This document shows, in pieces, positions 1 through 8,834 of a stretch of DNA of 64,000 bases. The position numbers and the translations under genes are program-made. Below the pieces are notes generated by a model. It ran no database searches. It had not been told where the DNA came from and worked only from the letters and a program-made list of their open reading frames with translations. Position 1 is the stretch's first letter. Every line of letters begins with the position of its first letter. Source of the stretch: Anaerolineae bacterium (GTDB taxonomy: Bacteria; Chloroflexota; Anaerolineae; B4-G1; SLSP01); assembly GCA_016931315.1 (NCBI GenBank), contig JAFGFB010000199.1:882-64881 (forward strand). The letters run 5' to 3'.

Positions 1-87
1 TTCTTCATGCATGAGACCGGCCCTGTGATTGGCTCGCATGTGGGTCCAGGTTTCATTGGTCTGGGGGTGTGCCCGGTAGTTGGATAA
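1..87 (+). CDS. 3' end (C-terminal ~28 aa) of a + strand gene running in from upstream, possibly a DegV/fatty-acid-binding family protein; partial
   Basis: Frame 1 reads ...FFMHETGPVIGSHVGPGFIGLGVCPVVG* and stops at 85-87. The 'GPVIG(S/T)H(V/A)GPG' C-terminal signature is typical of DegV-family proteins. It is only a fragment, so the call is weak. Confidence 0.3.
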   Translation, partial: FFMHETGPVIGSHVGPGFIGLGVCPVVG

Positions 88-184
88 CGCTCGGAGCCTT
101 GAGAGTGCGTTGTGAGACAAATCCTTGCAGCCAGACAGAGACCAGCGGCAAGGGTATTAGCTTATGTTGTTTGGGGGAGGGTTT

Positions 185-1510
185 ATGCCCGAAGCTACTT
201 TTCATTTTCCGCCAGGTTTCAAGTGGGGTGTAGCTACAGCGTCTCATCAAGTTGAGGGTAACAATACCAACAACCAGTGGTGGGCGTGGGAGCAACAGGA
301 GGGGCATATCAAGCAAGGTCATACCTCGGGGCGTGCGTGTGACTGGTGGGAGAATGCCGAGGCAGATTTTGATCGCGCTGCCGCGATGGGATTGAATGCG
401 TTGCGTCTCTCTATCGAGTGGAGTCGGGTGGAACCGGAACCGGGGCTTTTCGACAATGCCGCCCTGGAACGTTATCGCGAGATGCTGCGGGGCTTGCAGC
501 AGCGCGGCATGGAGCCGATGGTCACTTTGCATCATTTCTCCAATCCGCTCTGGTTGGAACAACAGGGCGCCTGGATCAACGAGGGCACGATTTCCTATTT
601 TGTTCGGTACGTTGAACGTGTCGTTAAGGCGCTGGGAGATCAAGTCACCCTGTGGTGTACCATTAACGAACCCAATGTCTATGCGGTGATGAGCTATCTC
701 TATGGGCTTTTTCCCCCTGGACAGCATGACTTTAGGGCAACCCGCATGGTCTTGCAGAATATGCTCAAGGCTCATGGGGCGGCATATCGCGCCATTCACC
801 GGCTGCAACCTGTCGCTAAAGTGGGATTGGCGCACAATTTACGCTTCTTCGACCCGGCAACCCCCAGCTCACTGTTGGACCGGTTGGTTGCCAATGTGTT
901 GGATCGTGGCTTTAATCGCGCCACCTTCGATGCCGTATGGAAGGGGTGGTGGTCGCTGCCTATAGGTTTTGGGCCTGCATGGTCGCTGCGGCACACGCTG
1001 GATTGGGTCGGTTTGAATTATTACACTCGCGATCTGGTTGCCTTTGATAGGGGCGCTAAAGACACGTTGTTCAGTCGTATAACGCATGCCCCCGATGCAG
1101 AGCTGCTCGATGGTGGCTATGGTGAACTTTACCCGGAGGGCTTGCCACGCGCGATCAAGCGGCTTTGGCGGATGCAGTTGCCTATCTATATTACAGAGAA
1201 CGGCACACCCGATAGCGATGATGATCAGCGTCCAACGGCATTGCTGCTGCATCTGCACCAGTTATGGAAGATTCTCCAGAACAATATTCCCGTGCAGGGA
1301 TATTATCATTGGACGTTGGTGGATAATTTTGAATGGGCTGAAGGCTGGACCCTGCCTTTTGGTTTGATCGAAATGGATCCAGCTACGGGAATTCGCACAC
1401 CGCGTCCCAGCGCCGATCTCTACACGGCGATTGTGCGTGGCAATGCGATTACTCCCGCCCTGTTGGATGCCTATGCTCCGCAGTTGCGTCCGCACCTCCT
1501 GCCGGATTGA
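185..1510 (+). CDS. Glycoside hydrolase family 1 beta-glucosidase
   Basis: N-terminus FPPGFKWGVATASHQVEGNN, acid/base motif TINEPNVY and nucleophile motif YITENG are all GH1 signatures. The ORF opens at 164, but the ATG at 185 is preceded by GGAGG and matches typical GH1 N-termini. Confidence 0.9.
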   Translation: MPEATFHFPPGFKWGVATASHQVEGNNTNNQWWAWEQQEGHIKQGHTSGRACDWWENAEADFDRAAAMGLNALRLSIEWSRVEPEPGLFDNAALERYREMLRGLQQRGMEPMVTLHHFSNPLWLEQQGAWINEGTISYFVRYVERVVKALGDQVTLWCTINEPNVYAVMSYLYGLFPPGQHDFRATRMVLQNMLKAHGAAYRAIHRLQPVAKVGLAHNLRFFDPATPSSLLDRLVANVLDRGFNRATFDAVWKGWWSLPIGFGPAWSLRHTLDWVGLNYYTRDLVAFDRGAKDTLFSRITHAPDAELLDGGYGELYPEGLPRAIKRLWRMQLPIYITENGTPDSDDDQRPTALLLHLHQLWKILQNNIPVQGYYHWTLVDNFEWAEGWTLPFGLIEMDPATGIRTPRPSADLYTAIVRGNAITPALLDAYAPQLRPHLLPD

Positions 1511-1522
1511 TCCCCACGCCTT

Positions 1523-2584
1523 ATGAAGACGACTGATCTCGAGTACGAACTCCCTGAGAGCTATATTGCTCAGCAGGCTGTGGAACCGCGCGATAGCTCC
1601 CGGCTTTTGGTGATTCACCGCGATACGGGAGCTTTGGAACACCGCATCTTCAGGGAGATTGGCGAGTACCTACGCCCTGGTGATTTACTGGTGGCGAATG
1701 AGAGCCGTGTGATTCCGGCACGTTTGTTTGGACGCAAGGTGCCGAGTGGCGGTAAAATTGAAATCTTGCTTCTGCGTGACTTGGGCGAAAACCGTTGGCG
1801 TGCATTGTTGGGGGGCGCGCGAACTCGCCCGGGAAGTCGTATCCAGTTAGTGCAAAGCGATGAGGCAATTCCGCTATATGCCGAGGTGCTCGCGACGGGT
1901 GAACGTGGTGAGCGCACGGTTGCCTTCTCCGAGCCGATTGAATCTTACCTGGATAGCCTCGGGCAGATGCCACTGCCGCCGTATATTCACCGCGCCCTGG
2001 AGGACCAGGAGCGCTACCAGACGGTCTATTCGCGCACTTTGGGGAGTGCGGCTGCTCCCACGGCAGGGTTACACTTTACACCTGAATTGCTGTTCTCCTT
2101 GCGTGATCAGGGCATTCAGCTGGCTTTTGTGACTTTGCATGTGGGTCTGGATACTTTCCGCCCGATCAGCGAAGACACTCTTGAATCGCATGCCATCCAT
2201 ACTGAGTGGGGCACACTCTCGCCGGAGGTCGCTGCGCAGATCAATCGCACGAAACTCATGGGGGGACGGGTGATTGCGGTAGGCACGACCTCGGTGCGCG
2301 TTCTGGAGACTGCGGCGCGCCAGGGCTTGTTACAGACGCCAGACGGAACGTGTCCCTGGCGTGCGTTGGCGCCTTTTGAGGGATTTACCGATCTATATAT
2401 CACCCCCGGATTTCGCTTCCGGGTTGTAGATGCAATGGTTACCAATTTTCACCTGCCACGCAGCACCTTGCTGGCGCTGGTTATGGCTTTCGCCGGCACA
2501 GACCTCATCCATAAAGCTTATGCTGAGGCTATCCGTGAGCGCTATCGCTTTTTTTCATTTGGCGATGCTACCTTGATGCTGTGA
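1523..2584 (+). CDS. queA: S-adenosylmethionine:tRNA ribosyltransferase-isomerase
   Basis: Full-length similarity to QueA: MKTTDLEYELPESYIAQQAVEPRDSSRLLV..., PLPPYI motif, C-terminal FFSFGDAMLL-like end. About 353 aa, typical QueA length. Confidence 0.9.
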   Translation: MKTTDLEYELPESYIAQQAVEPRDSSRLLVIHRDTGALEHRIFREIGEYLRPGDLLVANESRVIPARLFGRKVPSGGKIEILLLRDLGENRWRALLGGARTRPGSRIQLVQSDEAIPLYAEVLATGERGERTVAFSEPIESYLDSLGQMPLPPYIHRALEDQERYQTVYSRTLGSAAAPTAGLHFTPELLFSLRDQGIQLAFVTLHVGLDTFRPISEDTLESHAIHTEWGTLSPEVAAQINRTKLMGGRVIAVGTTSVRVLETAARQGLLQTPDGTCPWRALAPFEGFTDLYITPGFRFRVVDAMVTNFHLPRSTLLALVMAFAGTDLIHKAYAEAIRERYRFFSFGDATLML

Positions 2585-2613
2585 TTTAACCTGAGTGCTG
2601 TACTATTTTCCTA

Positions 2614-2641
2614 TTGCCATTCTAGATTTTGTGGTTATAAT
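2614..2641 (+). promoter_or_regulatory. Candidate sigma-70 promoter TTGCCA-16-TATAAT in an unusually AT-rich spacer upstream of the CAP-domain gene
   Basis: -35 TTGCCA at 2614-2619 and -10 TATAAT at 2636-2641, 16-bp spacer, in an AT-rich island within a ~60% GC genome. The ATG lies at 2684. Confidence 0.4.
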
Positions 2642-2683
2642 TAGGTTATAATCGCATTGTTCTTTTCATGTGAGTAAGGCAAT

Positions 2684-3925
2684 ATGAAGTATTTCGCCTT
2701 CCTTTGTATTATCCTCAGTCTGGGGTCGGTTGGTGCGGCGGCACATCCGCAGATTTCTTCAACTTTGCCTCTGGGTGAGGCCCTTTTCACTACACCCAGT
2801 GCTTTTGCATTGGGTGCAGCTGGAATCTGCTACACCGGATGTGGTGGCGTGCCCGGTGTGCCCTCTGCGGACGCGGATTACGAGCAACAGGTGATTGAAT
2901 TGGTCAATTCGCAGCGGTTGGCTAATGGCAACTTGCCTCCTCTGAAACGGGTGGATTCGCTTACCGATAGCGCGCGTTATCATGCAACGGATATGGGGCA
3001 GGACGATTATTTCAACCACGATTCGTATGATCGTGTGAATGGGGCGCTGGTGCGGGTGTGTGGAACCTGGGATCGCGTCCTCAGCTACTATGGCGGCGGT
3101 TGGAATGCACTGGCAGAAAATATCGCTGCTGGTTATAGCACGCCCGAGGCTGTGATGACTGGTTGGATGAATAGCGCCGGGCATCGCGCCAATATTCTCA
3201 ATCCCAATTTGCGGGAGATAGGGGTCGGCTATGCTATTGTTTCCGGCAGTAGTTATAGTCGTTATTGGGTGCAGAATTTTGGCAGCAAGAGCGCTTGTTA
3301 CCCCATCGTGATTAACCGGGAGGCTGCTGCAACCGATGATTATCATGTAAGTCTGTATCTCTATGGGGCTGACGTTTGGACTGAGATGCGTTTGTGCAAT
3401 GATGCGGATACCTGGACTGCATGGCAACCTTTTCAGTCGCATCTCGCATGGGACTTGCCTCAGACGAAGGGCATACACACTGTCACTGTGGAAATGCGTA
3501 ACAGCAGCAGTGGCACGACTTCCAGTGATACCATCTATTTGAGCCGGGATTATTTGGCTACGTTGGGCAATCTCCCTGAGGCGGGCACGTTCATCTATAG
3601 CATTTCGGAGGGGCAATTTTTACCTGAGAGCCTTGTGCTATCACCACAGAATATCACCAGTGATGCTACGCTTGCCTGGACTGTAGCACAATCTGGTGAC
3701 TGGTTTACCCTCAGTTCTGTTTCTGGCAACACTCCCGATACGTTCACGCTTAGCCCATATTTTTCAAATCCCCCGGTTGTTGGCACATACACGGGTAGCA
3801 TTACCGTTACTGTGACGCAACCATTGAATACACAGAACTCACCTCAAAGCATTAATCTTACTTTGCACGTGATTGAGTCTCCTATGCGCAGAATCTACCT
3901 GCCCCTGGTGTGTCGTTATCCTTAA
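2684..3925 (+). CDS. Secreted CAP/SCP/PR1-like domain protein with C-terminal beta-rich extension
   Basis: N-terminal signal peptide MKYFAFLCIILSLGSVGAAAHP. CAP-domain core motifs: GYSTPEAVMTGWMNSAGHRANILNPNLREIGVGYA. The C-terminal ~200 aa is Ser/Thr/Asn-rich and reads like beta-sandwich domains. Confidence 0.7.
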   Translation: MKYFAFLCIILSLGSVGAAAHPQISSTLPLGEALFTTPSAFALGAAGICYTGCGGVPGVPSADADYEQQVIELVNSQRLANGNLPPLKRVDSLTDSARYHATDMGQDDYFNHDSYDRVNGALVRVCGTWDRVLSYYGGGWNALAENIAAGYSTPEAVMTGWMNSAGHRANILNPNLREIGVGYAIVSGSSYSRYWVQNFGSKSACYPIVINREAAATDDYHVSLYLYGADVWTEMRLCNDADTWTAWQPFQSHLAWDLPQTKGIHTVTVEMRNSSSGTTSSDTIYLSRDYLATLGNLPEAGTFIYSISEGQFLPESLVLSPQNITSDATLAWTVAQSGDWFTLSSVSGNTPDTFTLSPYFSNPPVVGTYTGSITVTVTQPLNTQNSPQSINLTLHVIESPMRRIYLPLVCRYP

Positions 3926-4144
3926 ATATTGCACAGCTGGTTTTTTCTGTTCCGTCATTCGTTACGTCTTGTTTCGGTTAAGTTACGGTTTGACATCCTG
4001 GGATGTTTTTGTGCCTTGGGTTATTGCAAATCGAAAAGAGGAGAGTATACTTGAGGCATAGTGCTGCAGTAATGTCATTCTCGATCCTGTTTCTGCAATC
4101 AAAAATGCAGTTTCGAGCATTCTTGGTGAATCCACGGAGATATT

Positions 4145-5485
4145 ATGAGTGAACTGGGTAGTCCAAAATCGAAGATCCAACCTGGTGAGCGCGGACTGGT
4201 TTTTGTATTAGGCTTCATTTTGTTGGCGAGCGCCCTGGCGGGAGAAATATCTGGTATCGTTTCGGTAAGCAATTTTCTGGAAGCAAGCGGCGCCAATGGC
4301 ATTTTGATCGTTTGGATCATTGACATGGCAGTGATGTTGGTGATGACGGGCCTGCAATCGCTATTCGTGGATCGCTTCAGCCGCATTGCCATCATGCGCA
4401 CGATGACTCTCGGTTTTGTGGGCGCTTTCGTGATTCTGCGAATCTTGTTCACCTTTGGGGCGCCGCCTTCCCTCACTTATGGCTTCCTATACCTGCTCTC
4501 AACTCAACAATTGCTCATCTTTCCCATTTTCTTCTGGTTGTTGGCAAATGATATGTTTGATATGGCGCAAACCAAGCGGCTGTTTCCCCTGATTGCTGGT
4601 ACCAGTTTTTTGGGAAGTTTGCTTGGCATTGGCTTCAGCACGGTGCAACCGGCGTTGTTTGCCCGTGCGGGTGTCCCTGATATCGAAGTCTTCACCTTCA
4701 ATGTGCTGCTTTATCTTGCCATTTTTGTGGTGCTTGAGACTGGTTTCAAAAAGGTTAAATTGCGTGAAACAGTGCAGAAAGTGGAGACCGTTCGAGAGAC
4801 ACTTACCGAAGGTTGGCAATTCGTGCGTGAGGTGGAATCTTTCCGCTATCTCATGTTTGCCCTGGCGGCGTTGGCAATCTGCGATGTGTTTCTGGAATTC
4901 AGATTCCTCTCGATTCTGGAAACCACTTTTCTCACCGCCGAGGCCTATCAGCGCTTTTATAGCCTTTACCGTCTCGGTTTTGTGGTGCTGGCCTTTTTGC
5001 TCCAGACTTTCCTGGCTGGCGCGGTCATCAACAAGCTCAGCCTCAAGCAGGTCTTCTTTATTTACCCGGCAGCCGCTCTGGCGGGTTTGTTGAGTATGCT
5101 GGGGTTTTCCGGTATTGCCACCGGTGTCGGGGCGCTGCTGTTGGAGAAATTATCAGCCTACGCTATAGATGAGCCTGCCCGAAAATCTTTCCAGGCGTTG
5201 GTGCCTGAGGAGCGTCGGGGACGGGTGAGCATTTTTATGGATAGCTATCTTTATGCTGGTGGAAGCATCGTTGGGGCGCTGTTGTTGTTGGGCATCATTG
5301 GCATCGGCGCCTGGCTAGATTGGCCTGGTGCTCATTATCTCTATCTGGGATTAGGTGTGCTCGCAGCAGTGTTTGCGCTTTGGTCAATCTTCCAGATGCG
5401 CCGGGTATATGATAAGAGTCTTTTCAACTGGCGTATTAAGCGGCGTCAACGGCGCTCGAGTGTGTTGGATAACCTGGATTTCTGA
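4145..5485 (+). CDS. Polytopic membrane transporter (about 12 TM; MFS-like, ATP/ADP-translocase (TLC)-like family)
   Basis: About 12 hydrophobic helices with short loops, a central charged loop (KKVKLRETVQKVETVRETLTEGWQ) and a basic C-terminal tail. The overall pattern resembles TLC/MFS-type carriers. Family assignment is from pattern only. Confidence 0.5.
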   Translation: MSELGSPKSKIQPGERGLVFVLGFILLASALAGEISGIVSVSNFLEASGANGILIVWIIDMAVMLVMTGLQSLFVDRFSRIAIMRTMTLGFVGAFVILRILFTFGAPPSLTYGFLYLLSTQQLLIFPIFFWLLANDMFDMAQTKRLFPLIAGTSFLGSLLGIGFSTVQPALFARAGVPDIEVFTFNVLLYLAIFVVLETGFKKVKLRETVQKVETVRETLTEGWQFVREVESFRYLMFALAALAICDVFLEFRFLSILETTFLTAEAYQRFYSLYRLGFVVLAFLLQTFLAGAVINKLSLKQVFFIYPAAALAGLLSMLGFSGIATGVGALLLEKLSAYAIDEPARKSFQALVPEERRGRVSIFMDSYLYAGGSIVGALLLLGIIGIGAWLDWPGAHYLYLGLGVLAAVFALWSIFQMRRVYDKSLFNWRIKRRQRRSSVLDNLDF

Positions 5486-5620
5486 AGAATTGCACCTTGC
5501 CACGATGTCTATAGCGGGACTTTAGTTGGGTGGTTAGAACCTCCAAGCAGGAATTTCTGGCTGAGTTCTTTTTATGCGTTGATACTGCCACTGCGCTGTA
5601 CTATTAGTTGGAGGCGGAAA

Positions 5621-6727
5621 ATGGAATCAACTTTCGATTGGGATGATTGGCGTGCTCAGTTGCAGCATCGTATTACCACGCTTGAGGCACTGCAGAAATG
5701 GATTACTGTGTCACCTGGAGAAGCCCAAGCAATTGCGGCTTGCGACGGGCGATACCGTTGGAGTGTGACGCCTTATTACGCTTCTCTTATGGATCAGAAC
5801 GACCCTAATTGCCCTGTTCGTCAACTTGCTGTGCCACGCCTGGAGGAGTTTCAGCTCTATCCCGGCGCCAGTGTGGATCCTGTGGGTGACACTGTTCATC
5901 GGAAAACAAATCGGGTGATCCACAAATACCCGGACCGGGTGATTGTTCTGGTGACGGAGCTCTGCGCCGTCTATTGCCGGCACTGCACGCGCAAATACCA
6001 CACGACGGATCTTGGTGGAACATACTTTGAGCAGGGTGAAAACGCTTCCTGGGAACCGGATTTCGCCTATATTGAGCAGCATCCCGAGGTGCGCGACGTG
6101 TTGCTCACTGGGGGTGATCCTCTCGTCTATTCTGATGAGCGTTTGGAGCCGATTCTGGCGCGTTTGCGTGCCATCCCGCACGTGGAAATTATTCGCATTG
6201 GAAGTCGTATCCCGGTGGTTCTGCCGCAGCGCATTACCGAGAATCTGGCGACGATGCTGGAGCGCTATCATCCACTGTGGTTCAATACCCATTTCAACCA
6301 TCCGAAGGAGATCACACCTGCGGCAGCGGCAGCCTGTGATCGTTTGCTGCGCCACGGGATCGTCGTGCAGAATCAGAGCGTGCTCCTCAAGGGTATCAAT
6401 GATGATTTGCCGACGCTGCGCCGGTTAATGACAGAGCTGTTGAAAATCCGCGTTCGTCCCTATTATCTCTATCACTGTGATAATGCTATCGGCATTTCCC
6501 AGTTCGTAACGACTATAGAGGCGGGACGGGCGTTGATGCGAGGGCTAAAGGGCTATCTGACTGGCTTTGGTGTGCCGGAATATGTGATTACCACACCGCT
6601 GGGCAAGATTCCTTTGTGTGAGGAGCATTTGTACCAGGATGAGGCGGGTTATTGGGTGGAGAATTACCGGGGACAAAAAATGCTTCTTGATAAAGCCTTG
6701 TTGTTTACAGAGACCGATGGTTGTTGA
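5621..6727 (+). CDS. KamA-family radical SAM aminomutase (lysine 2,3-aminomutase-like)
   Basis: Radical SAM CxxxCxxC motif in the KamA context (VTELCAVYCRHCTRK), LTGGDPL motif, and the usual C-terminal region. The internal Met at 5621 (MESTFDWDD...) is a likelier start than 5579. The exact substrate (lysine vs glutamate, or EpmB-like) is not determinable by eye. Confidence 0.8.
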   Translation: MESTFDWDDWRAQLQHRITTLEALQKWITVSPGEAQAIAACDGRYRWSVTPYYASLMDQNDPNCPVRQLAVPRLEEFQLYPGASVDPVGDTVHRKTNRVIHKYPDRVIVLVTELCAVYCRHCTRKYHTTDLGGTYFEQGENASWEPDFAYIEQHPEVRDVLLTGGDPLVYSDERLEPILARLRAIPHVEIIRIGSRIPVVLPQRITENLATMLERYHPLWFNTHFNHPKEITPAAAAACDRLLRHGIVVQNQSVLLKGINDDLPTLRRLMTELLKIRVRPYYLYHCDNAIGISQFVTTIEAGRALMRGLKGYLTGFGVPEYVITTPLGKIPLCEEHLYQDEAGYWVENYRGQKMLLDKALLFTETDGC

Positions 6728-6749
6728 GCCGACATTGGAGGAGTAGAAA

Positions 6750-7769
6750 ATGGCATCCGAATTACCGCAGAAGAAACGTTTCATCAGCCTCAGGGTCAAG
6801 TTGTTGGTGGGTTTCACGCTATTATTTATGGTTGTTTTTGCCATCGCGTTTTATTGGTTCTATACCTTCGCGACCGATGTGGCTATGCGTCAGATTGAGG
6901 AGGATATGCTCACTACGTTGGAAGGGGGTTTAAAGGGTATTGATGGCGACGCCTTCGTTGCATTGGCGGAAGAGGCTGAACTGCGCGACGATGGTTTGAG
7001 TGATGATCCTCGCTATTGGGACCATATGGCCTGGATTGAGACCATCCACGATTTGGAACCTCGCGCTAATCCTTACAGTTGGGTTCGAGGCGATCCGAAT
7101 GTACAAAATGAGGTACTCTTCATTGGTGATATTCTGCGCGTGACCCAACCTGAGAATGCCACAGTTTTCCGTGAGCCTTATATTACTCAGGGCTCAATGA
7201 TTACCGGTATGTTAACGCTGTGGGAAGACCTGGAGCCTTACCAGGATGATTGGGGGCACTGGATTTCCGCCTATGCGCCTATCCTCAACTCTGCCGGAGA
7301 ATCGGTAGGGGGTTTAGGCATTGATTTTCGTGCTGATTATGTCTACCAGGTTCAGGATTCAATCGAGGATCGCATTCTGATTTCTTTTGCCATCACCTAT
7401 CTGGCGCTGTTTGTATTGGTATATCTCATTTCTCGCACCTTAACGGGGCCTATCATTTCTTTGACGGGTGTTGCTCGTGGGGTTGCTGACGGAAATTACG
7501 ATCAGGATATTAGCAAACTCTACGGTGGCAAGACTCAGGACGAGGTAGATGCGCTGGCACAAGTCTTCGAATTGATGGTGAGTAAAGTCCGTGCTCGTGA
7601 GGAGGGGCTCAAGCGCCAGGTGCAGCAGCTACGAATCGAGATTGACGAAGTGAAGCGAACCCGGCAGGTAGAGGAGATCACCGGATCGGACTATTTTACG
7701 ACACTCAAAGAGAAAGCGCGCGTGCTCCGTCAGCAAAGCGTGACCGATGGTGGAGTTGAAGAGAGCTGA
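6750..7769 (+). CDS. Membrane sensor: TM1 - periplasmic domain (~170 aa) - TM2 - HAMP-like segment - conserved C-terminal coiled-coil module ending in an EEITGSDYF motif
   Basis: Hydrophobic helices LLVGFTLLFMVVFAIAFYWFYTF and ILISFAITYLALFVLVYLISRTL. A HAMP-like stretch TGPIISLTGVARGVADGNYDQD...LAQVFELMVSKV follows. The C-terminus QVQQLRIEIDEVKRTRQVEEITGSDYFTTLKEKARVLRQQ has a paralogous copy in the gene at 14392-15114. Confidence 0.6.
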   Translation: MASELPQKKRFISLRVKLLVGFTLLFMVVFAIAFYWFYTFATDVAMRQIEEDMLTTLEGGLKGIDGDAFVALAEEAELRDDGLSDDPRYWDHMAWIETIHDLEPRANPYSWVRGDPNVQNEVLFIGDILRVTQPENATVFREPYITQGSMITGMLTLWEDLEPYQDDWGHWISAYAPILNSAGESVGGLGIDFRADYVYQVQDSIEDRILISFAITYLALFVLVYLISRTLTGPIISLTGVARGVADGNYDQDISKLYGGKTQDEVDALAQVFELMVSKVRAREEGLKRQVQQLRIEIDEVKRTRQVEEITGSDYFTTLKEKARVLRQQSVTDGGVEES

Positions 7770-7835
7770 GACGTGGCATGGGGTGTCTTGCTCGTTGCTC
7801 TTAATTAGTGACCATATTTCCAGAGGAGGCAATGT

Positions 7836-8612
7836 ATGTCCAAAATTATATCTATCCATTCTTTCCGTGGCGGTACGGGGAAATCTAACATCTCCGCGAA
7901 CGTCGCTTCACAGCTGGCGCAGCGTGGCAATCGCGTGGGCGTCATTGATACCGATATCCAATCCCCAGGTATCCACGTTCTCTTTGGCATGGACGAGGAG
8001 CAGATTGACAAGTCGCTCAACGATTACCTGTGGGGGCGCTGCAATATCGAGGATACTGCCTACAATGTCAGCGCGCGCATTGGCAAGGGTGAGGTCATTG
8101 TCATGGGGGCGGATATCTATTTGATTCCCTCTAGCATTCGCGCTGGGGAAATCGCCCGCGTCTTGCGCGAGGGTTATGACGTCAGTATGCTGAATGAGGG
8201 CTTCCGTGCCCTGGTGAAGCGTCTCAAACTCGACTATCTCGTTATTGATACCCATCCGGGCCTGAATGAGGAAACGTTGCTCTCTATCGCTATCTCCGAT
8301 ATCCTCTTTATCATCCTGCGCCCCGATCAGCAAGACTTCCAGGGAACCGCGGTGACGGTAGATGTTGCGCGTAAGCTGGAAGTGCCGCATCTCTTCCTGG
8401 TCATTAACAAAGCGCTTTCCTCCTATGATTTCGACGACCTGAAGAAAAACGCCGAACAAATTTACGACGCCCCTGTAGCTGCGATCCTGCCGCTATCTGA
8501 GGATGTGGCTCGTCTGCAATCCACAGATATCTTCTCGCTCCGTTTCCCGGACCATCCTGTCTCCGCCGCTATTCGGCAGATTGTCGGGTATGTTGAGGCA
8601 ATTGGGAAATGA
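7836..8612 (+). CDS. MinD/ParA-superfamily P-loop ATPase
   Basis: Deviant Walker A SIHSFRGGTGKSNISANVASQLAQRG, with Arg in place of the usual signature Lys. It is followed by a DTD motif and the general MinD/ParA fold pattern. Strong GAGGAGG RBS upstream. Confidence 0.8.
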   Translation: MSKIISIHSFRGGTGKSNISANVASQLAQRGNRVGVIDTDIQSPGIHVLFGMDEEQIDKSLNDYLWGRCNIEDTAYNVSARIGKGEVIVMGADIYLIPSSIRAGEIARVLREGYDVSMLNEGFRALVKRLKLDYLVIDTHPGLNEETLLSIAISDILFIILRPDQQDFQGTAVTVDVARKLEVPHLFLVINKALSSYDFDDLKKNAEQIYDAPVAAILPLSEDVARLQSTDIFSLRFPDHPVSAAIRQIVGYVEAIGK

Positions 8613-8824
8613 TCTGCCATGAGTGTGGAGCTCCTGCTATAGGTATTTGCAAGTTTTGTGGACGCGCCGTATGTAAGGATCATTACACCACGGTGACGCC
8701 TATCGTTCTGGCGATGTATCTGGGCCGGCAGAATACTCCAAAAGCTGTGGTTGTGAGCAATGTTCTTTGGTGTGGCAAGTGTCAGCCTCAGCCAGAGCCG
8801 ATAGAAATTCCTGAGTTTTTCTAG
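8609..8824 (+). CDS. Small zinc-ribbon protein (four Cys pairs), translationally coupled to the MinD-like ATPase
   Basis: MICHECGAPAIGICKFCGRAVCKDHY...WCGKCQ carries CxxC...CxxC...CxxC arrangements. Its ATG overlaps the ATPase stop (ATGA at 8609-8612). Confidence 0.5.
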   Translation: MICHECGAPAIGICKFCGRAVCKDHYTTVTPIVLAMYLGRQNTPKAVVVSNVLWCGKCQPQPEPIEIPEFF

Positions 8825-8834
8825 GAGGGCAGCC

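Noticed and set aside
53-835. 260-aa ORF on the minus strand
   Set aside because: Entirely antisense to the well-supported GH1 beta-glucosidase gene. No recognisable motifs. Typical high-GC antisense open frame.
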